A DNA stretch of 64,000 bases, taken from positions 104,573 through 168,572 of the forward strand of contig NIVC01002070.1 in NCBI GenBank assembly GCA_002269645.1. The letters run 5' to 3'. Of this stretch, positions 22,401 through 34,146 are shown one piece after another. Source of the stretch: Macrostomum lignano (taxonomy: Eukaryota). Both the position numbers and the translations under genes were made by a program. The notes under the pieces were generated by a model. That model saw only the letters and a program-made list of their open reading frames with translations, did no database searches and had not been told where the DNA came from. Positions within the stretch are counted from its first letter, which is position 1. Each line of letters begins with the position of its first letter.

Positions 22401-24537
22401 TAATAAAATGAAGGTAGACTCATGTAGCAAAGTAGCTCAATCAGACAAGCTTATAATGGAACTTGGCTACTACGCCTATGAAGGTTTTACATCCGGAAAG
22501 ACAGGAAAGAAAATTGTAACTGCGAAAATGCGTGAAATGTCGAGATTACTTATGTCAGCTCGTGAAATTATGGGCGATCCCAGCGCTTGTCTTGACGATT
22601 TGCTGAAGCCATCATCATTTGATTTAGTTGTTGAGGCGACTCGAAATGTAGCGAAATTTACGGCCCAAGAAGATGCTCAGATTTGCGATTCTTTTTCTAT
22701 TCCTTCGATGGCACTTAAGTGCGGGTTTTCTCTGAAGCTGGCTGCTGAACTGTCGTTAGTACGTGCCCTGAAATGCGAAATGCCCGAAGTAGCTCAGGAG
22801 CGACGCAACTTCATCACTCTGTATGAAACATCATGGAGCCGTAAAATATCTTCGATTGCACTTTTGTCCTTGAAAGAAAGAAAAATTGACAAGGGTCAGA
22901 CATTGCCGTTAACTAGCGACATTCAGTTAATCACGAAGCACATTAACGAATATTTAAGCCACATCGACACGGAAAAGCTAAAAAGCAGCCCTTCTTACTG
23001 GAAAGAGGTGGCCGAATATGTTGCGATTCGTTTGTCTATTTTCAACAAGCGCCGGGCGTCTGAGCCCTTCAAGCTGCGAGTTTCGGCGTGGCAGAAAGCA
23101 AGATCATGCAAAGATGTTGATGATACAACATTATCTGCGCTAAGTGAATTAGAAAAGCAAATGCTTTACCGGTTGACTATCGTTAATGTTCGAGGTAAGA
23201 GAGCACAGCGACCGGTTCCTCTGCTAGTTTCGAATGAGATTGCTGAAATTATCGATGAGCTCATTCGCACAAGACACCACGCTTCAAGTCCTTACGTATT
23301 CTGCAGTAGTGGAAGTTTGGGATATATATCCCCATTCGTTGCGCGCACAAATGTTGTCTCCAGTTGTCAAGGGCTCCAGTTCCCTGCTCGTCTATCTTCG
23401 ACCAACCTTCGAAAATACATTGCCACTGTCTCTCAGATCCTTGAAATGAGAGAAAATGAGCTCGGATGGCTCTCCAACCATCTTGGACATAGCCTTAATG
23501 TTCACCATAATTTCTATCGATTGCATGAAAACACTATTGAGCTTGCTAAAGTAGGCAAGCTACTTCTGGCTATCGAGGCCGGTAGATTCGACCAGCTTAA
23601 AGGCAAAACTATCGAAGAGATTGATGTTAACGACATCGAAATTGACTATGACATTGACGATAAGTCAGATGCAAAAAAAGATGATTTGAACGAATCCGGT
23701 GATGTGGAAGCCTCAATAGGCTCACAGGCTCGAGAATTAAAACGTGGTGACCAAAAGAGTCAAGCACCTCCTGAGAATAATGGAGCTCGTATCCAAGCTA
23801 AGGAATTTGAGGACGAGTCAATTTATCACGAAGGTTCTGTCGACTTTCGCGGAGCCCCCCTGTCCATCAAGCAAGTCGAAAAAAAGAAGAATCGATTAGC
23901 TGTGCTCGACTCAGATGAATATGAAAGCGAAGTAGACAAAGACGATTCAGACTACCAACCGACGAAAAAAACCAGAAAAGTGCAGAAAGCTAGAGCAAAC
24001 GAAAGGCGGATTCGAAGGACGACTAAGCCAAAGGGTGCGACAGCAACAACGACTAATAACAAAAGCGAGCCAGGACATGGACAAGAGGACCCACAGAAGG
24101 ACAAAAGCGAGCCAGGACCCGGACAAGAGGACCCACAGAAGGACAAAAGCGAGCCAGGACCCGGACAAGAGGACCCACAGAAGGACAAAAGCGAGCCAGG
24201 ACCCGGACAAGAGGACCCACAGAAGGACAAAAGCGCTCCTAGTTCGGAAGGTAAGGACAAAATGGGAACTGGGGGGAAGAAAAAAACCAAAGTTGATTTC
24301 AGTTACTTCAATCCATTTCAGAAGTCAAGAAAAAAACTAATTCAGGAGCACATTGCGTGGAACAAAGACGAAAATGAGGCAATTAACCGCGCGATAGAAA
24401 AGATCGAAGACGGCAAAGTACCTGGTTTTGCAGCCCTTGGAGAGCTAAAAGCACGCGAACCTGCACTCCAGTCACGATCGATCCATAAAATAAAAACGAA
24501 GTTTTTCAATGAAATGAAAAAACGCGGCATTTTGTGA
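10484..24537 (+). CDS. Predicted 13-exon ~1900-aa fusion: Lys-rich N-term / repeat exons / Dbf4-like module / repeat exons / Zn finger / tyrosine recombinase. Exons 10484-10642, 11046-11261, 13652-13867, 14519-14734, 15589-15804, 16306-16461, 16576-17343, 17690-17914, 18768-18992, 19468-19692, 20548-20772, 21594-21984, 22073-24537
   Basis: All junctions are GT-AG (donor AAA|gtgagt, acceptor ttctctaacttcctag|GAG on the repeat exons). Phases are compatible (0 throughout, 1 at 21984/22073), with no internal stop; total 5703 nt. Joining into a single transcript is inferred from the sequence, not observed. Confidence 0.7.
11763..13574 (+). mobile_element. Internally deleted hAT DNA transposon inserted in intron 2 of the YR gene
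   Basis: TIR TAGGGATGTCGA...TCGACATCCCTA; perfect 8-bp TSD GTCACACG (11755-11762 and 13575-13582); subterminal CCCCGGGG repeats; hAT dimerisation-domain remnant PPTSVAAEHAFS...LLTKVHARFDDATL in ORF 12139-12432. Confidence 0.92.
12494..13379 (-). mobile_element. Probable non-autonomous Helitron nested in the hAT element
   Basis: Minus-strand 5' end A|TCTCTACCTATAAAAATG followed by (GTCT/GT)n; faint Pif1-like C-terminal remnant (TKGQAIGLNV..VFWNNFLIAFS); small hairpin near 12500. The 3' end is uncertain. Confidence 0.45.
16306..17343 (+). CDS. DBF4-like: Dbf4/ASK/Chiffon-like module (Cdc7 kinase activator), two exons (16306-16461, 16576-17343) inside the YR element
   Basis: N motif LRGKRVFF...GGSVASFFSNE|VDLIIAD...ILTKARLLQIPV; M motif LTPPAVVVTDAQHLLRPIFK; C-motif zinc finger KGRCENCREAYDDFNQHITLSQKHQDFV...IDQII. 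Removing a 114-nt in-frame GT-AG intron restores the N motif. Confidence 0.85.
21594..24537 (+). CDS. Tyrosine recombinase portion (exons 21594-21984, 22073-24537)
   Basis: CLFCGEMFSKIRRHLIRAH finger. Catalytic-type motifs: FNKRRASE (R, ~23050), VRGKR (K, ~23197), STNLRKYIAT (xxxR), HLGH (~23479-23490), HHNFY (Tyr 23515). This matches the metazoan 'LRKxIAT...GH...H..Y' YR family. Confidence 0.9.
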
Positions 24538-24730
24538 CTAAACGCTTTATGATTGCTAACACTAAGATTAAAAAGCATCTATTAGTTTAGCTGACAAGAA
24601 ATACCTGTTCACTATCGATAGCATAGCGATGGCTTTTGGGGGCGGTCCAAGTTTGGGACGCCAAAATGAGTATGAGGGGCGCCAATTTTTAAGCTGGGGG
24701 TGCAAAAAACGTGTAGGGGGGGGAATGCGA

Positions 24731-25265
24731 GTCGCCGTTTTAAAAATGCTTCAATTTCTTGTATCTGTTTGATACAATTTCCATTTTAATAACTGTCGCC
24801 GTTTTAAAAATGCTTCAATTTCTTGTATCTGTTTGATACAATTTCCATTTTAATAACTGTCGCCGTTTTAAAAATGCTTCAATTTCTTGTATCTGTTTGA
24901 TACAATTTCCATTTTAATAACTGTCGCCGTTTTAAAAATGCTTCAATTTCTTGTATCTGTTTGATACAATTTCCATTTTAATAACTGTCGCCGTTTTAAA
25001 AATGCTTCAACTTCTTGTACTCCCTATGACTTTTTTAACTAATGCAATCCTAAGTTTGTTAAACGTGTAGTTTAAGAATGTACTTCCGGACTTAAATTAG
25101 TTTCAATGACTTTGCAGTTAGTTTAATTAGGTTTAAATCTTTTGCGTTAAGGCAAGCGAAATGATGCGGTATTTATTTTCAAAATGCTTCAATTTCTTAT
25201 ATCTGTTTGATACAATTTCCATTTTAATAACTGTTGCCGTTTTAAAAATGCTTCAACTTCTTGTA
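24731..25265. repeat. 64-bp AT-rich tandem repeat (~4.5 copies plus a detached copy) in the right subterminal region of the YR element
   Basis: GTCGCCGTTTTAAAAATGCTTCAATTTCTTGTATCTG... at 24731, 24795, 24859, 24923, 24987 and a further copy at ~25180. Confidence 0.9.
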
Positions 25266-25699
25266 TCCCTGAGTGTGCGTTGTTTTTCTTTCGTAACTAA
25301 TGCAGTTTAACCCATAGTTTAGTAAAGCTAAATAAATTCGTTTGAACCAGGGTTTTTTTAATAAAATGGAATCGTAAACCTTTTTTATCTTCTGTTTCTT
25401 GAGAATTTCTGTTTTAATTAGCCCAAAATAACAGTTTGAAACTCATAAATTTTCTACAAAGAAAGAGGTCTAACTAAACCAACTGTTTTTTTGCGGTCCA
25501 CCTAACCCGGTCCCCAAAACGTAGTTAGTGAACCGCCACAGTTTCCACGAACTGGCTATTCCGTCAAGTTAACAAAAAGATAACCCTAGCTAGCCTTTCG
25601 CGTTGTCAAAACAGACTCTATTTTTTAACCGGAATTGCGTGGTCCACGTAACGCATTAACATAACTCAGGTCCCGCTAAACACACAGACAGTCGTAAGA

Positions 25700-25700
25700 G

Positions 25701-25733
<33 letters not shown>

Positions 25734-25895
25734 TATTGTTTGTCTTTAGTGTCTGTCTGTCTGTCTTAGTGTCCGTCTTAGTGTCTGTCTGTCTGTCTGT
25801 CTGTCTTAGTGTCCGTCTTTAGTGTCTGTCCGTCTGTCTGTCTTTGTGTCTGTCTGTCTGTCCGTCTGTTTGTCTGCCTGCCTGCCTGTCCATCT
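25700..25895. repeat. (GTCT)n-type compound microsatellite, right flank of the YR element, just downstream of the TAF6 stop
   Basis: Direct inspection. Confidence 0.9.
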
Positions 25896-25937
25896 GTCTC
25901 CAACAAGCCAGCTAGCCACCCAGCCAGCAGGCGGTCA

Positions 25938-28900
25938 TCAGTGGTGCTGCTGCAAGGAGGCGGCAGCGGCGGAGCCCCTGGCCTTGGCGTGCAGCGCCTG
26001 CACGGCGGAGAAGAGCTCTCCGCCCAGGGAGCCGTAGTCGCGCAGGTATTCATCGAGGGAGTCCCGCGGGCCTCGCAGACTGCGCAGCAAAGGAGGCAGC
26101 TGGTCAAGCAGCTTCCGGCGGATGTGGCTGGCGCTGACGCTGTCCAGACGGCCGTGGGCGGCGTCCAGTCGCTGGCTGAGGCGGGGCACGGCCGGCAGCA
26201 GAAGGTTGGCGGCGGCGTCCTGGCCGAGTTCCAGCGTGCAGACAATGCAGCCGTACAGAGAGGCCAGATGAGGCCTGGAGCCGAGAAAATTTGCAAAGAC
26301 TTAGATAGAACCAAGACCTCAAACGTATGCGGATAAAATCAGAAATGGAAGACTTTAAATACCCAAATATTGAAATAAGTTTTACTTAAAAACTAAACCG
26401 ATCAATGAGTCACGCTGAACCAAGACTCATACTGAACCAAGACCCATACTGAACGAAGACTCAAACTGAGCGAAAACGCATGCTGAACCAAGAGCCAAGA
26501 CCCATACTGAACCAAGACCCATACTAAACCAAGACTCATACTGAACCAAGACTCATACTGAACCAAGACCCATAGTGAACGAAGACTTACACTGAACCAA
26601 GACCTGCACTGAACCGCCAAGACTCATACTGAACCAAGACTCGTACTACCAAGACCCACACTGAACGAAGACCCACACTGAACGAAGACCCACACTGAAC
26701 CAAGACCCACACTGAACCAAGACCCACACTGAACCAAGACCCACACTGAACCAAGACCCACACTGAACCAAGACCCACACTGAACCAAGACCCACACTGA
26801 ACCAAGACCCACACTGAACCGCCAAGACTCATACTGAACCAAGACTCGTACTGAACCAAGACCCATACTGAACCAAGATCCACACTGAACCAAGACCCAC
26901 ACTGAACCAAGTCCCACACTGAACCAAGACTCATACTGAACCAAGACCCACACTGAACCAAGACCTGCACTGAACCGCCAAGACCCACACTGAACCAAGA
27001 CTCATACTGAACCAAGACCCACACTGAACGAAGACCCACACTGAACGAAGACCCACACTGAACCAAGACCCACACTGAACCAAGACTCATACTGAACCAA
27101 GACCCACACTGAACCAAGACCCACACTGAACCAAGACCTACACTGAACCAAGACCCACACTGAACCAAGACCCACACTGAACCAAGACCTACACTGAACC
27201 AAGACCCACACTGAACCAAGACTCATACTGAACCAAGACCCACACTGAACCAAGACCCACACTGAACCAAGACCTACACTGAACCAAGACCCACACTGAA
27301 CCAAGACCCACACTGAACCAAGACCTACACTGAACCAAGACCCACACTGAACCAAGACTCATACTGAACCAAGACTATAGTATAGTTAAAAGACCGGGAA
27401 AAAGTCAAGACCTACGAATACCAAAGACAATAAACAAAGACACAAGACAGCCAGCTCACCTGGGCCGGGCCATATAATCCACCAGCAAGCGACAGACCCT
27501 GGCATAGAGCTGGTTGCTAGGCGAGGCGAATTTCGAACACACGGCGCCCAGCTGCTTAGCCGAGAAGTCCCTCAGCGCCCAGTGATTGTCGGTCTCAGGC
27601 CGCTGGCACAGCTGCTTGCCCAGCACGCAGGTGAGGATGCTGGGCAGGATGAGGTGCAGGTAGCGCTCCAACTGCAGGTGAGGATTCTGCAGCAGGAACT
27701 GCAAGATGCGCATGAGGTAGATGAGCAGGGCCAGGTTGTTAGTGAGCGAGTTCACCCGGACACCTTCGGCCACGAATACGATGAGGCGAGGCAGGATCTG
27801 CTGCAGGCCGCTGTCCGTGGCCAGACTCTGCAGGGCTTCGGTCCGCCGGTCCTCCTGCGCATTGGGGTGGGGGTGGGCCAGGTTTAGCCATAGACAGGCG
27901 AGTAAATAGCTAGCGCAATTGCTCTCTGGCAGCTCTCTGATTGGCTGCGAGAGTCATCATTATCCCACCCCTGCCCCAGCTGATCTCCCCACCCTTATGA
28001 TACCAACATGCACTGAGGGCCTCACCTGGCTGCCAACGCAAGCCTCGGAGATCTCCCTGAAGAACATCTGCTGCTCGCGGCTCAACTCGTGGCAGACAAC
28101 ATCGCGCAGCCGGGCCACCTCCGGCTCCCTGGGCGCGGCGGCTGCCGATCTGGCTGACTGCCGGCCGCCCAGGACCGTCAACTCCCACAGCGAGCGGGGC
28201 CGCATCGGCCCAGCGGCTGCGGAAGTCGACAAGGAGGCCAGCGCCGCCGACCCGACGCCTGGCTCGACTCCCGACGCGGATGAAGCCGCGGCGCCGGTGA
28301 CAGCGGCAGCGCCGGGAGCAGCTGGTGCAGCTGCCGCAGCGGAGGAGGTCGCAGGCCTTGGCGGCGGATTCTCAGCGATGGCGGGTTGGCAGCCGTCGAT
28401 GCAGAGCCAGTGCGCTTTGAGGCAGGCACCGACTGGCAGGCGGGGCAGCGGCTGCGAGGCCAGCTCGATGAGGTCCACCTCCTCCGACTCCTGGAAGAAG
28501 AGCCGCTTGCCGCCGGGAGCCTGCATCCGGGAGGACGGGTGGTACAGGGTGGGTGAGAGCGACCGCTAGCAGAATGGGACTTGCTTTCGGAATGCAAAAT
28601 ACAGGATTGTGGAAGGCTGGTACAGGATAGTGGGAAACTGGTACAGGATAGTGGGAAACTGGTACAGGATAGTGGGAAACTGGTACAGGATGGTGGGAAA
28701 CTGGTACAGGATGGTGCACTGCTGGTACAGGATGGTGGGAAACTGGTACAGGATGGTGCACTGCTGGTACAGGATGGTGGGAAACTGGTACAGGATGGTG
28801 GGAAACTGGTACAGGATGGTGCACTGCTGGTACAGGATGGTGGGAAACTGGTACAGGATGGTGGGAAACTGGTACTGGATGGTGGGAAACTGGTACAGGA

Positions 28901-29735
28901 TGGTGCACTGCTGGTACAGGATGGTGGGAAACTGGTACAGGATGGTGGGAAACTGGTACAGGATGGTGGGAAACTGGTACAGGATGGTGCACTGCTGGTA
29001 CAGGATGGTGGGAAACTGGTACAGGATGGTGGGAGGCTGGTACAGGATGGTGCATTGTTGGTACAGGATAGCGGATGGCTGGTACAGGATTGTGGGAGAC
29101 TGGTACAGGATGGTGCCTTGTTGGTACAGGATAGCGGATGGCTGGTACAGGATTGTGGGAGACTGGTACAGGATGGTGGGAGATTGGTACAGGATAGCGT
29201 GAGACTGGTACAGGATAGCGTGAGACTGGTACAGGATAGTGGGGGACTGGTACAGGATGGTGAATTTCTAGTACAGGACAACAAGTGAGGTGTTGTTATA
29301 GAAGAATCCGCTCAGTATGCAATAGCGCAATCAGTCATGATTATGATAATCAGACAGTACGAATACGAGGCATGAGAGCCCATCACAGCGGTCTGCAAAA
29401 CTGCCGGATCTCCAACCAGCAGCCCTGGCAGGTCTCACCTGGACGCTCTGCATAGGCAGGGCGGCGGCGTACTCGTAGGCGTAGGGCGGCTCAATCCGCC
29501 GCTGCCGCAGCACGGCCGCCAGATCGGCCGACCGGAGGCGGCGCCGCTTGCCGTGCCTGGCGAATTTCAGGCCCTGCTGGATGAGGGTGCGCAGGCGGAA
29601 GTCCGCCTGATCTGCCAGCAGCTGGCAGGCCTCCTCGGATAGGCTGGCGATGCCGCACATCTCGGCCAGGCAGCGCATGGACTGGGCGGCTACGCAGCTG
29701 CGCCCGCTCTGCTGCTGCTCAGCGCTGCTGGCCAT
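25938..29735 (-). CDS. TAF6: TFIID subunit 6; exons 29735-29439, 28520-28026, 27854-27460, 26274-25938
   Basis: Histone fold (CQLLADQADFRLRTLIQQGLKFARHGKRRRL), LKAHWLCIDGCQPAIAENPP, HELSREQQ, NNLALLIYLMR, DNHWALRDFSA; consistent splice phases. Confidence 0.97.
26415..27375. repeat. 17-bp minisatellite (ACTGAACCAAGACCCAC)n, TAF6 intron 3
   Basis: Direct inspection. Confidence 0.95.
28600..29280. repeat. 21-bp minisatellite (CTGGTACAGGATGGTGGGAAA)n, TAF6 intron 1
   Basis: Direct inspection. Confidence 0.95.
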
Positions 29736-29894
29736 TTTGCTTGTTCTTCTTCCACTAGTAGATTGTTAATTGGTGCAGTTTGACAGCGGAGATTCGCCAG
29801 TGAGCATGGAAGACAATTGACGGACTAATTAATGGATATCCGTATCAGAGACGCTGTACACCCTGAGTGAGCTTTTGCTTGCGTGACTGTCTAC

Positions 29895-30119
29895 CTTCGG
29901 CCAAGATATGCCCCGGAGTCGCAAAAATGCCACCCCAAAGAATACAGACGTAGTACTAATTAGCTGCCGAGGCATTTACGCCTGATAAGACAGTCATAGT
30001 TACTCCTGCCGTTTACCCAAAGTTTAATTTTGCTCTAGGGTTTCTTTCACAGGTAAGTCGTATTTTTGGTCAAAAAGTAAGTCGCATTGCCAGTGTAAAT
30101 CAGGGGGGTTGCGCATGTA
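29895..30119 (+). mobile_element. Partial copy of a MITE family (TIR TACATGCGCAAC) upstream of TAF6
   Basis: Right TIR GTTGCGCATGTA at 30108-30119; internal ATAAGACAGTCATAGTTACTCCTGCCGTTTACCCAAAG shared with 63740-64000 and (reverse strand) 57294-57585. Confidence 0.75.
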
Positions 30120-30714
30120 TGCCCTGGAGTCGTTGCAAGTAACACAAGTGAAATGGCAAAGGAGTGACTCCCTAGACGACTCTAGAACGACGAGAGGTGT
30201 TTCATTTCCTGCGACTCCGGGGCCGTACAGTCATGTTTGAGGCGTGCTGGAGTCGCTGTAGAATCAGAATGACTAGCGATTCTTGTCACGGTAACGTTTT
30301 TAAACGGGCTTGACAGTGCTACTTGTAGTAGATAGCAAAGCAATAAAATCAAGGTCGACTGCCGCCTTGACTTGTGGCAGCGCCCGAAACCCCCTGTCAC
30401 CATAACTTAGTAATAACTAATCCTAAAGCCTGAACAAATATGGCAAAAAAGTAAGAAAAGGCCACTTTTAGGATGCTTTCGAATGTGCTTATCTGACGTA
30501 TATGATACAATTGTTCAACATTTACAAGTTTGGCACAAAAATACAAAATTGTCCTCAAGTCTAGACGCAACTGTCTGTCACGAGAAGAGCCCGGCGCGCT
30601 ATATTAACCAATCGGCCTAGGCTGGCTGCTCAGCTGAAATTAAAAGGGGGAGACGGAATTTAAAAAAATATCAAATTCAGATCAGTGCAAATACACAACT
30701 GGAGATGCGGCAGT

Positions 30715-31152
30715 AAAAGATCCCAATCTCAAGATCCCACGGGTGGATTTGATGGCAGTCAAAGATCCCAATCTCAAGATCCCAATCTCAAGATCCCATG
30801 AGTGGATTTGATGGCAGTCAAAGATCCCAATCTCAAGATCCCAATCTCAAGATCCCAATCTCAAGATCCCAATCTCAAGATCCCATGAGTGGATTTGATG
30901 GTAGTCAATGATCCCAATCTCAAGATCCCATGAGTGGATTTGATGGCAGTCAAAGATCCCAATCTCAAGATCCCATGAGTGGATTTGATGGTAGTCAATG
31001 ATCCCAATCTCAAGATCCCATGAGTGGATTTGATGGCAGTCAAAGATCCCAATCTCAAGATCCCATGAGTGGATTTGATGGCAGTAAAAGATCCCAATCT
31101 CAAGATCCCAATCTCAAGATCCCAATGGTGGATTTGATGGCAGTTAAAGATC
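30715..31152. repeat. Compound minisatellite with AAGATCCCAATCTC core downstream of ANKRD49
   Basis: Direct inspection. Confidence 0.9.
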
Positions 31153-31198
31153 CCAAACACTGGCAAAGTTTTCTCCCAGCTACTCACAGCCAAGCTTC

Positions 31199-32333
31199 TC
31201 AATTAAGGCGCCTAGTCTCTGGCTCGAGAAATGCCAGCAGGTGAGCATAGGGGGTGCACCGCTTAGCAACGGTGAGAGCAGTCTCGCCGGACGAATTCAC
31301 AGCGCTTGGGTCCAGCCGAGGGTGCAGCAGCAGCAGCTGGGCGGTGGCGGGGTCGCGGTTCTCGCCTAAGCACAGATGCAGGGGAGTCTGGCCGCTCTCC
31401 GTTGCAGCGTTCGGGTCGGCGCCAGCCCGCAGTAGCAGCGCCACCACCGCAGTCTGGTTCCAGAATGCCGCGCTGTGCAGCGCCGTCCAGCCCTGGCCGC
31501 TGCCGGCTGACACGTCGGCGCCGCACATCAGCAGGTGCTGGCAGTGAGGCGATTCAAGGCGATTGGCTTGGATTGGGGCGATGCTGGGGATGCTGGTGGG
31601 GGTGCTTGGGATGCTGTTGGGGCTGGGGATACTTTCAAGCGACTTTTTGGGCTGATTCTAAGTGGCATAATGGGCAGATGTGCAACCGACAGCTCAGCCG
31701 CAGCTATTGCGCGGCGCAACTGAAGGCTGCGTCCGGCTGCTGTTCAGTCCAAGGACTGGGGGGGGGGGGCTAATGCTGGCACCCATTTTACAGCTGGGTG
31801 AACTGAAGCAATGCAGATTTACGTGTCCTTCTCAAGGACACAAATTGGGAATCGAACCTCCGACCTTTTAGTCGCGAGTCCGACGCTCTAACCACTAGAC
31901 CTACAATCCCTTGGCCTTTAGATAAGGGGAAGATAATGGACGATGGAAGAGAGTCATGTGAAGTTAGAAAATTTGGCACATTCTCACCCGGCAGATGCCA
32001 ACGTGGCCATTGTAGGCAGCCCGGTGCAGCGCCCTGTAGCCGTCACTGTCAGCGGCGGCCAGCAGAGGCGACGGAGGCTCAGCAGTCGGCGGATCCGGCA
32101 GAGGCACCAGCCGGGTTACCTCGTCCAGCCGGCCGTTCTCAGCAGCCGTGATGAGCTGCTTGGCCGGGTCGGCCTCAATCTCGGCCTCGGTCCACTCCTC
32201 CACGCCCTCGGCGTCGTCCTCCCAGCGGCTGACGAACATGCCAGGCGAGGCTGCCTTTGCCGCGGCCACCGCGGCGGCCAGCTCGCGGTCCGCGTCCTCG
32301 CCGCTGTCCTGCGAGGTTCGTTGATGTCCGTGG
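31199..32333 (-). CDS. ANKRD49: Ankyrin repeat domain protein 49; exons 32333-31988 and 31537-31199 (start Met uncertain, possibly 32240)
   Basis: MFVSRWEDD, DPAKQLITAAENG, DGYRALHRAAYNGH|HLLMCGADV, GWTALHSAAFWN, QTPLHL, ETALTVAKRCTPYAHL; phase-0 intron. Confidence 0.88.
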
Positions 32334-32364
32334 CTAGCGGCCAACTTCCCATTAAGTTGGAAAG

Positions 32365-33060
32365 GTATGGGATAGCCCAGCAACTGGGGATCTGGGAGCA
32401 TGGGATAGCCCAGCAACTGGGGATCTGGGAGCATGGGATAGCCCAGCAACTGGGGATCTGGGAGCATGGGATAGCCCAGCAACTGGGGATCTGGGAGCAT
32501 GGGATAGCCCAGCAACTGGGGATCTGGGAGCATAGGATAACCCAGCAACTGGGGATCTGGGAGCATAGGATAACCCAGCAACTGGGGATCTGGGAGCATA
32601 GGATAGCCCAGCAACTGGGGATCTGGGAGCATGGGATAGCCCAGCAACTGGGGATCTGGGAGCATGGGATAGCCCAGCAACTGGGGATCTGGGAGCATAG
32701 GATAACCCAGCAACTGGGGATCTGGGAGCATGGGATAGCCCAGCAACTGGGGATCTGGGAGCATGGGATAGCCCAGCAACTGGGGATCTGGGAGCATGGG
32801 ATAGCCCAGCAACTGGGGATCTGGGAGCATGGGATAGCCCAGCAACTGGGGATCTGGGAGCATAGGATAACCCAGCAACTGGGGATCTGGGAGCATAGGA
32901 TAGCCCAGCAACTGGGGATCTGGGAGCATAGGATAGCCCAGCAACTGGGGATCTGGGAGGCTGTCCCAGCAACTGAAAATCTGGGAGGCTGTCCCAGCAA
33001 CTGAAAATCTGGGAGGCTGTCCAGCAACTGAGAATCTGGGAGGTTGGCCCAGCAACTTGG
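32365..33060. repeat. 33-bp minisatellite (GGGATAGCCCAGCAACTGGGGATCTGGGAGCAT)n in the 5' intron of ANKRD49
   Basis: Direct inspection. Confidence 0.95.
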
Positions 33061-33471
33061 AATGTGGGGGGCTGGCCTAGCAACAAAGTATTTGGGAGGG
33101 TGGCGGTAACTTGGCAAGAGAGGATCTGGGGACAAAACCCAAAGCTATGAAATAAATAAACACACGAAGATAGTCGGTTAGTAACGCCGAAACAACTGAC
33201 TCACATGGGGCAGCGAGCCGGGTACGCAATTCACTGATTGTTATTTAATTAAAAGCTACGGATTCGAGGCTACAGTGCATCTTCAAGCACTCAACTACTT
33301 GGAGAGAAGGGCCAGTCGCAGACCTAAGTGCTCAAAATGTGAAAGAAAATCGATTTCAAAGAGTTTATACAGACCGACCCTATTTATGTTCTTATACCAA
33401 CTGCGGCAGACTCAGTTTAAATTACAATAAGCTTCACTAAGAGTGCACAGTAACAGCAAAGCGGTGGCTGC

Positions 33472-34037
<566 letters not shown>

Positions 34038-34146
34038 CTAAAATGCAGTAAAAGGAATGTTGTTACAGCTCTTATATTTCATAGTTTTCTTATAATAATT
34101 AACCATAATTACTGATACTTATAATTTGGTAATCTGTAGCTAAATA

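Larger units (their letters stand above)
9035..25692 (+). mobile_element. Large tyrosine-recombinase (Crypton-like) DNA element with 16-bp TIRs carrying a spliced Dbf4-YR gene
   Basis: TIR ACTGTCTGTGTGTTTA (9035-9050) / TAAACACACAGACAGT (25677-25692). Subterminal GGTCYASSTAA motifs face inward-inverted at the two ends. YR ORF inside; GTCT tracts on both flanks. No clean TSD seen; boundaries are inferred. Confidence 0.72.

Noticed and set aside
9020-25710. Target-site duplication for the YR element
   Set aside because: Flanks share only microsatellite sequence; no discrete TSD can be distinguished.
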